Below, piece by piece: positions 58,088 to 64,000 of a DNA stretch of 64,000 nt. Each line of letters opens with the position of its first letter. Position 1 is the first letter of the stretch. The translations under genes were made by a program, and so were the position numbers. Under the pieces are notes generated by a model. The model saw nothing but the letters and a program-made list of their open reading frames with translations, made no database searches and was not told the origin of the DNA. Source of the DNA: Naegleria gruberi (taxonomy: Eukaryota); assembly GCA_000004985.1 (NCBI GenBank), contig GG738873.1; one strand, 5' to 3'.

Positions 58088-59236
58088 TCACATAAAGTCA
58101 TTGTTGGGAAGGAAATTGCTGCTATCTGACAACATTTTGGAATCCTCTTCTACTATTTGGTCCTGATGATATGTGGATTGTGTTGGAGAGGCAATTGTTT
58201 GGAAAAGAGGGCTCATCTTCTCAGGCAAAGCCTCCGTAAAGTTTCCTTTAATATCTAGTTGTTGTTGATGTGAAGGAAAAGTGGTACTAATTTCCAATAG
58301 CTTGGATGGATTGTCATGGAAAAGTACTGCAGCAACAAGACTATGCATTGTTCTAAAACTATTCTTCATCTAATTTAATAATTAATTAAATAATTATAAT
58401 ACAATTAATTTCCTACCTTGAATATTTCATTAGCAATTCTAGTAATAGTATAGTATTAATAAGTAATAACAATAATTATGATACCTACATGATTCCATTC
58501 ACATTAGGAAGTTGGCAGAGAAGAGAAACATCAGCTGGTGAATTAATATTACCATACGCTAGTAATGGCACTGTAAAGCCTTCTTCTTTGATCTTGAACA
58601 ATAACTCCTTTGGAACAAACTCTCTCCGAGCAAATTCATCCAATTGCTCATCATTAAGTTTCACAATATTCAGTGCACCCATAGTAATGTTCCTGAGTTG
58701 GTGAATGATTGAAGCCATCTCTCCAAAGTGAGTCCTAATAATTTTGGCTCCTTTAGCAATGTTTCTGAGTGCTTCTGGGAAGGTATTGGCTGGATTAATG
58801 AATGTAATATTGGAGAGTGATTCAGTGCTTTTTGAGAAGGAATGTTCATCAACAATTGATTGATCATGCTCATCAATAATAGTAACACCCAATTCATTAC
58901 ACAATTTAGCTTCCATTACATGCCCCTATAATTTGCATTATTTAAATAACATTGGACATAGTACCAACCTTCCTTATTCTTGCTATGAGTGGTAATTCAG
59001 AACAGACTTGATTAATTTCGTTCAATTTACAATAATCAATCAACTCATTCTAAATGAGTGTAGAAGCAACCAAACATCATCAACAATGCGTAATATTAAT
59101 ATTGCTATTAATTATTATAATAACTCACTTCTTGACCAACCATCAAGCAACATTTAACTTGGTTAAACTTTTGTGCCAATGCAACAGCTAGAGTTGCCTC
59201 TTCAACTGAAACCACCTCGAACACAACAAGTTTCAT
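58088..59236 (-). CDS. PdxS/SNZ (PDX1) family protein, probable non-catalytic pseudoenzyme; minus-strand exons 59236..59129, 59049..58969, 58925..58489, 58438..58417, 58369..58088
   Basis: Five exons (introns of 79, 43, 49, 47 nt with GTGAGT/GTTGGT/GTAGGT donors) give a 309-aa protein. It aligns to PdxS: LPLIARIRKGHVMEAKL to IPVMAKARIGHIVEA; FPEALRNIAKGAKIIRTHFGE to [46 protein letters not shown] to [38 protein letters not shown] to AKAIVEATTHFTD. The catalytic K81 is replaced by R and K149 by H. Confidence 0.8.
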
Positions 59237-60409
59237 TTCTTTCGATACTACCAAGATGGGTAAAGGATAATTTTGGAAGAATGGTTTGCTACGAATAGAA
59301 TGTTGTGATGAATTTGTTTTTATTTTTCTTTGAGATTATACAGTAGAATATTACAAGAATTAGAGAATCAATTCTATTTAGTAATATGATTTTTAGAAAA
59401 GTTACAACATTGTTCAACAAGAATCAATTTACTGGATTTTATTACCATGTCCAACACAAAATATGGGCTTCAGCTTATATCATTACATTTAGTGAAATAC
59501 CTCAAAATTTATTTCTTGACGTTTCATTTACCTTTCCATCACGATTAGGATTGAACGTAGATCCTAAAACATTACAACTTTATATTTCAAACTCAAAACA
59601 GGAAAGAATTTACAACTATCACTTGTAATCAAATAACACTGAACTGGACTTTAAATTCTTCAGACAATTTAAATTCCAATTCTTTCTCATTCACTCTCCA
59701 AGCAGATAAGGTAGATTTTATAATCAAACCTTCAGAAACCTTTAATTTCACATTCCCTGCTACATTAACAGTTCAAGAATCCGAAAGTTCAGCATTTTCT
59801 TCATTGAACGTTAAACCAACTCTTGGATGCAATGTACAACCTTTTGAAATTATCACGAAATCATTTCCAAGAGATTTATGATAGTAATCACATGTTCCTA
59901 AGTTGGTTGTCAGATCGAAAAGAAATGACAGGGAAAGAAGAGGACTTTTACAATAGTTTTCTTTCTTCAATACTTAACAAGTTTAATATTGGCAGCCAAA
60001 ACCCTTAAATGAATGTCTTGCAGAAATGGTATACAATCCAGAGAATAATACTCTATTTTTAATGAGGATTCAGAATGTTAAGTTTTAAGTAATACAGTTT
60101 TTGTCTTAGGAAGTATTGGATTAAAATTATTGTTAAAAAGTTTAAAATGTAGCCCTTCCTAATTTAATTTATTAATTATTTATGGTGGTACACCAAAGGA
60201 AGACCAAAAATCAATACAACATGATTACAACAACTGCACCAATCGTTGTGATGGTCAAGTGTCCAATCAAATGCTGTGCTATTACAAAATCAGAACAAGG
60301 CGTTTAACAAAAAATATTGACGCAAAAAAATTTTTTAGGAATTTTTGCCATCATATTTACCCGTCATCACGCATTAAAAAGAAATACAACAACAACACCA
60401 AGCAAGATC

Positions 60410-61495
60410 ATGGGCAAGAGAAAGCAAATAACCTCTAGCAAGAGCAGTAAAAAGGTTAAAAAGGAAGAAGAAGAGGTTGATCCGATCATCAAGGAAGAAG
60501 AGGTCCTCAAAGTAGAGGAGCCAGAGGACAACAAACCAGAGGCATCAACAGGACATGAAGCTTCTCCAAAGCAAAACAAACAAAAGAACAAGAAGAAGAT
60601 GTTTTGGCCAGTCTCGATGAAGTCTCTCCAATTTAACTCTGATCATTCCGAGACAGACATTAAAAAGTTGTTGGAGATGGTAGACAAGCATGGTGAAGAG
60701 TTCATTCAACATTGTTGTTTGGGCTTGTTTGTACAAGAGAAAGGAGGTAAACATTCTTTAATATTGAACAAAAGATATAAGAATGTAATTGCCACGTTTG
60801 GAGATGTGGAGAAGGTGTCATTATTGGAGATTATATTTCTCCCAAACCTTGCAAGCGTACAAGTTGAAACAATTGAATGCAAGCCCCACACAAAGAAAAC
60901 TTGCTTCTCCTCCATGAATGGCCTATCAAAAGTACATACTTATCCTTCAAAGCTAGCTTGGAAAATTAATTATGGAGATGGGAGCTTTGATCTTCACGTG
61001 ATGGTGGAAGCTGCCACTAAAACAATTCAAAACAATTCAAAGGGAGCCTACTTTGATTTTTCAGAGTATTTTAACACTTCTTTGACCTTCTTTGATGCAA
61101 GCGAGCTCGAGGACACTGGAAGACCAAGAAAAATTTCAGCTGGTTTGTTAGAAAGTCGCACCCCAACCACTCAATCAACAACACCACCATCCCCACAAAC
61201 AGAAAAAAACCCACCTACATATTCATTACTAGACACTTGTGGAATTATAGAAAAGTTGTGCTTTAAAGACCAACTTTTTGTGTTCACGTTTTTAGCACAT
61301 AGTTTACAAATTACACCTCACCCAACACAATGTCCAATACAATATCCAACACAACCAGAACCACATCCAACAGAACAACAGAGTGACATTGACAGTCTTT
61401 TTTGTGAAGAAGAACCCACTACCGCTTGTGAATCACACTTTATTGACCCAAGCCTTGTTGACTCTCTTTTAAAAAGTAACTACAATTTGAATTAG
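60410..61495 (+). CDS. hypothetical protein with K/E-rich N-terminus (361 aa from first ATG; ORF track starts at an upstream TTG)
   Basis: The first in-frame ATG is at 60410 (MGKRKQITSSKSSKKVKKEEEE, NLS-like). I recognised no domain. Confidence 0.55.
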   Translation: MGKRKQITSSKSSKKVKKEEEEVDPIIKEEEVLKVEEPEDNKPEASTGHEASPKQNKQKNKKKMFWPVSMKSLQFNSDHSETDIKKLLEMVDKHGEEFIQHCCLGLFVQEKGGKHSLILNKRYKNVIATFGDVEKVSLLEIIFLPNLASVQVETIECKPHTKKTCFSSMNGLSKVHTYPSKLAWKINYGDGSFDLHVMVEAATKTIQNNSKGAYFDFSEYFNTSLTFFDASELEDTGRPRKISAGLLESRTPTTQSTTPPSPQTEKNPPTYSLLDTCGIIEKLCFKDQLFVFTFLAHSLQITPHPTQCPIQYPTQPEPHPTEQQSDIDSLFCEEEPTTACESHFIDPSLVDSLLKSNYNLN

Positions 61496-61574
61496 TTAAT
61501 ACATGTTGTTCTATTGGCAAGTAAAATTTCAATAATGTTAAGATTAATTCACATTAATCTTGGAGAAATAAAAA

Positions 61575-62264
61575 TTACAATTCATACCTATCACTTCTTG
61601 CGTAACAATTAGAGCTGGTATGCGAAGATCTTCCACATCGAGAACAACCTCCATAACTATCATCGTCACTACTACTCTCATCATCTGAATAATAACTTGT
61701 TCTTGACCCAGAACCTACAACTGACCTTCCAAAAACATCTGAATTAGCAAAACATTGACTGGCATGATGAGAGGTCCTACCACATCTAAAACAAGCCGTT
61801 TTTTCACTCTTTGAGTTATGTAAATGTTGATGAATGGCCCCATCGAGCACTGCCAAATTTCCATATCGATTGTCTGTCTTGTTTTTATTGATGTGATGAA
61901 CGTATAATTTCACTTCCAATCTTCTTTTCGGCAACTCTTCTGTGGGTGAATTTCCACCCCAAACCATTATCAGAATTAAAAATTGCCTGTAGCCTGATGA
62001 ATTGTAACGAATGTTGAGATTGTTTGTTGGTGATGGTTGTACTTGTTGAGATGTTGATAAAGATCGAACACTAGTTGTAATAGTACTATTGGTGTTGTTG
62101 GAACTCTTGCTTCCTAATGAACGAATATTGTTCGAGTAGGGATTGTATCGATTTTGATTGTTGCTGCTTGATGAATTCGTGCTATTGGGAAAACGAGGCA
62201 TTTTTTTGTAAACTTTATGAATTCTTGCTTTTTTTGTAAGGTGCACAATGTTTGGATGAACCAT
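61575..62264 (-). CDS. CCHC zinc-knuckle protein (two C-x2-C-x4-H-x4-C knuckles), Asn/Ser-rich N-terminus
   Basis: Knuckles CFRCGRTSHHASQC and CSRCGRSSHTSSNC are present. An alternative Met at 62199-62201 has a stronger A-rich context. Confidence 0.6.
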   Translation of the reverse strand: MVHPNIVHLTKKARIHKVYKKMPRFPNSTNSSSSNNQNRYNPYSNNIRSLGSKSSNNTNSTITTSVRSLSTSQQVQPSPTNNLNIRYNSSGYRQFLILIMVWGGNSPTEELPKRRLEVKLYVHHINKNKTDNRYGNLAVLDGAIHQHLHNSKSEKTACFRCGRTSHHASQCFANSDVFGRSVVGSGSRTSYYSDDESSSDDDSYGGCSRCGRSSHTSSNCYARSDRYEL

Positions 62265-62505
62265 TTAAACTTTACATTGTTGTTTCAAAAAGTGTCAACA
62301 CAAATGCAATATAAACAGTTCAACCTACGCTATTACAGGAGTAGTATTAACAATTTAAAAATAAACCTTCTTATTGAATACGGAGAATGGTAACACTCTA
62401 AACAGGAGTTAATATTTTTGGCGGGACTTTTCTGTGCTTCCGCATTAGAAAAAAAGTGGTGCACTTGAAAGTGGTTGTTGGCTAACGTATCAGAGAATTT
62501 AGAAG
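62265..62505. promoter_or_regulatory. bidirectional intergenic/promoter region between CCHC gene (-) and PPPDE gene (+)
   Basis: 241-nt spacer between divergent ATGs. Confidence 0.25.
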
Positions 62506-64000
62506 ATGGGAAACTCTGTTTCGGAATCTATTGATGATTCTCCATACAAGGGAGAGGAAGATGATGATGCTCTTGCTACTCCTTTGTATGATTGGACGCC
62601 ACAAGATTTTTATAGCTTCTTGTTGGCAAACAAGATTGAAAAGAATATTGTAAAAAGTATGTAGATTTTGTTGTGTGATGATGATTATAATATTTTCTAT
62701 TGTTACTGTTTATTATTAAAAATTTATTATTAACAGAATTTAATAACAAGAAAAACCAGATTTCAACTTTTATTGGAAGATATAAATCCTTTGGAGAGGC
62801 TCTTTATCATTTATCGTCACCTAACCCAATCATGGCTATTTCTAAGGATGCCAAATCGTCAAAAAGAATTTTTGATTTAATTATGGATATTAAACGAAGA
62901 CAACTTAAGAAGGGAACAATTAATGTTGAGAAAAAGACGGAAATGGAACAAGAACATTTAAAACTCATGGATGAAATATTTGAAAAGAATGCTCCTGAAA
63001 ATTATCATATTTTTGATTTTAGTGATGATGAATGTCTTGTTAAGGATATTGTTGACGATCCAGAAAATCCAAGCACTTCTTTATCTGATCAAACAGTATC
63101 ACCAGCTACTTCATCATTCCTTTCAAGTAATTCTTCACTTGGATTTAATGAACTTAGTGTTGGATCTCTGGATAGTGAAAAAAGAGGAGGAATGTTCACA
63201 TCGCAACAACCAAGGATAGAGAGTAGATCCTCTGAATCACCAAAGATTGATATTTCACCAAAAGTTAAACTGAGTCATATCTATCATCCAGTTAAGCTTT
63301 TCCCTTATGAGGCACTAACAGAAGCAGAAAAGATGGCAGTCAAGAATTGTTGTAAAAAATTGGAAATTACTTTGAAAAAACAATCCAAAAATCAACTTTT
63401 AACAACAGCTCAAAACTTATGTCTACCTGACCGTTTCAAATATAGATTTTTCCATCCTAACTTTAAACAAGGCGAGTACCAGATACAAGGTAATTGTTCA
63501 AAAAAGAAAGTTACACTACCACTCAAACTTGTTATCACAACTCTCAGTGACACTCAAATGCATAGAGTTATTAGAAGAATTGGACATTTTGCTAACATTG
63601 CAAACAGCGATGAAAAGGGAGGATTTGGACTTTTCCACACTGCCCTGATTGTTGGAAACTGGTACGTCGAATTCAACGATAATTCCATAGCGTGTGTTAG
63701 ACCAATTTCTTCTAGTAAGGCTGTTTTTGTTTGTAATATAAAATATTACCCAGAATCTGATATTAATGAGGTAATTAACAAAGTGAGTAGAGTATGTTGC
63801 TTGTGGAATGCAACCCAGTACTATGATGTGAAAACAGTAAGTTTTTTTTATATACTTATTTTTCTAATTCCTTACTATTAGGCTAACTGTCAACATTTCA
63901 CACAAGCTGTTTTACAAGCCTTGAATATAGATATTAATACCTGTGAAGAAATTTCTCCCCTTGTAAAGGAATATTTTTTCAAACTTAAAAAGTATGGTCT
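62506..64000 (+). CDS. protein with N-terminal myristoylation-type motif (MGNSVSE) and C-terminal PPPDE/DeSI-type peptidase domain, partial (continues past window end); exons 62506..62656, 62737..63836, 63882..>64000
   Basis: Exon 1 (151 nt) ends AAAAA|GTATGT; an 80-nt intron reaches TTAACAG|. Exon 2 ends AAAACA|GTAAGT; a 45-nt intron has an acceptor TAG that the ORF track reads as the stop. GLFHTALIVGNWYVEF and ANCQHFTQAVLQAL match the PPPDE His/Cys motifs (GVFHSGIEV...NCNHF). Confidence 0.7.

Noticed and set aside
1-64000. Prokaryotic-style interpretation (operons, defence islands, CRISPR, RBS)
   Set aside because: The GT..AG introns, A-rich ATG contexts, ribosomal protein S6, WDR48, CTU1 and complex I accessory subunits, and divergent or convergent monocistronic genes show this is eukaryotic nuclear DNA. 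No repeat-spacer arrays are present.

Overview
This window is eukaryotic nuclear DNA, not prokaryotic. It is AT-rich (coding roughly 60-65% AT, intergenic higher), genes sit on both strands, and initiation sites are A-rich (AAAAATG). Introns are short spliceosomal introns of mostly 36-133 nt with GTAAGT, GTATGT, GTGAGT, GTTAGT or GTTGGT donors and (Y)AG acceptors. Proteins carry Asn-, Gln-, Ser- and Lys-rich low-complexity tracts. These traits fit an AT-rich protist, possibly a dictyostelid-like amoebozoan, though that is a low-confidence guess and other AT-rich, short-intron eukaryotes are not excluded. I found no rRNA, tRNA, CRISPR array or operon-like organisation. The ORF track calls 'M' at TTG and GTG alternative starts, so many listed ORFs are exon fragments. 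I rebuilt about 30 gene models by joining ORFs across introns, using ORF-track ends as anchors. Exon edges with no ORF anchor could be off by 1-2 nt.

Housekeeping genes, in order along the window:
- a peroxisomal-type ABCD half-transporter
- ribosomal protein S6
- a complex I NDUFS5-like twin Cx9C protein
- a purple acid phosphatase (ACP5-like)
- CTU1/Ncs6
- a WDR48/UAF1-like WD40 protein
- an NDUFAF2-like assembly factor
- a class V aminotransferase
- an SDR39U1-like epimerase

Signalling and regulatory genes:
- a U-box protein and a BRCT+BAH protein
- F-box and ankyrin proteins
- a large receptor kinase with an NHL beta-propeller ectodomain, an EGF-like array, a transmembrane helix and a kinase domain
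- a giant type II membrane protein with about 18 cadherin-like repeats and a C-terminal vWA domain

Accessory-looking content:
- a PdxS/PDX1-family gene with both catalytic lysines substituted (probable pseudoenzyme)
- two tandem beta-lactamase-like genes, one truncated and lacking its catalytic Ser
- a 744-aa DDE-transposase-like ORF next to them
- a PPPDE-peptidase gene that runs off the window end
- an Asn-rich prion-like protein

Anomalies worth a second look:
- three in-gene frame discontinuities, explicable only by 23-43 nt mini-introns or 1-nt assembly indels
- an S6 gene with no in-frame ATG
- a 476-nt intron full of reiterated splice-site-like motifs
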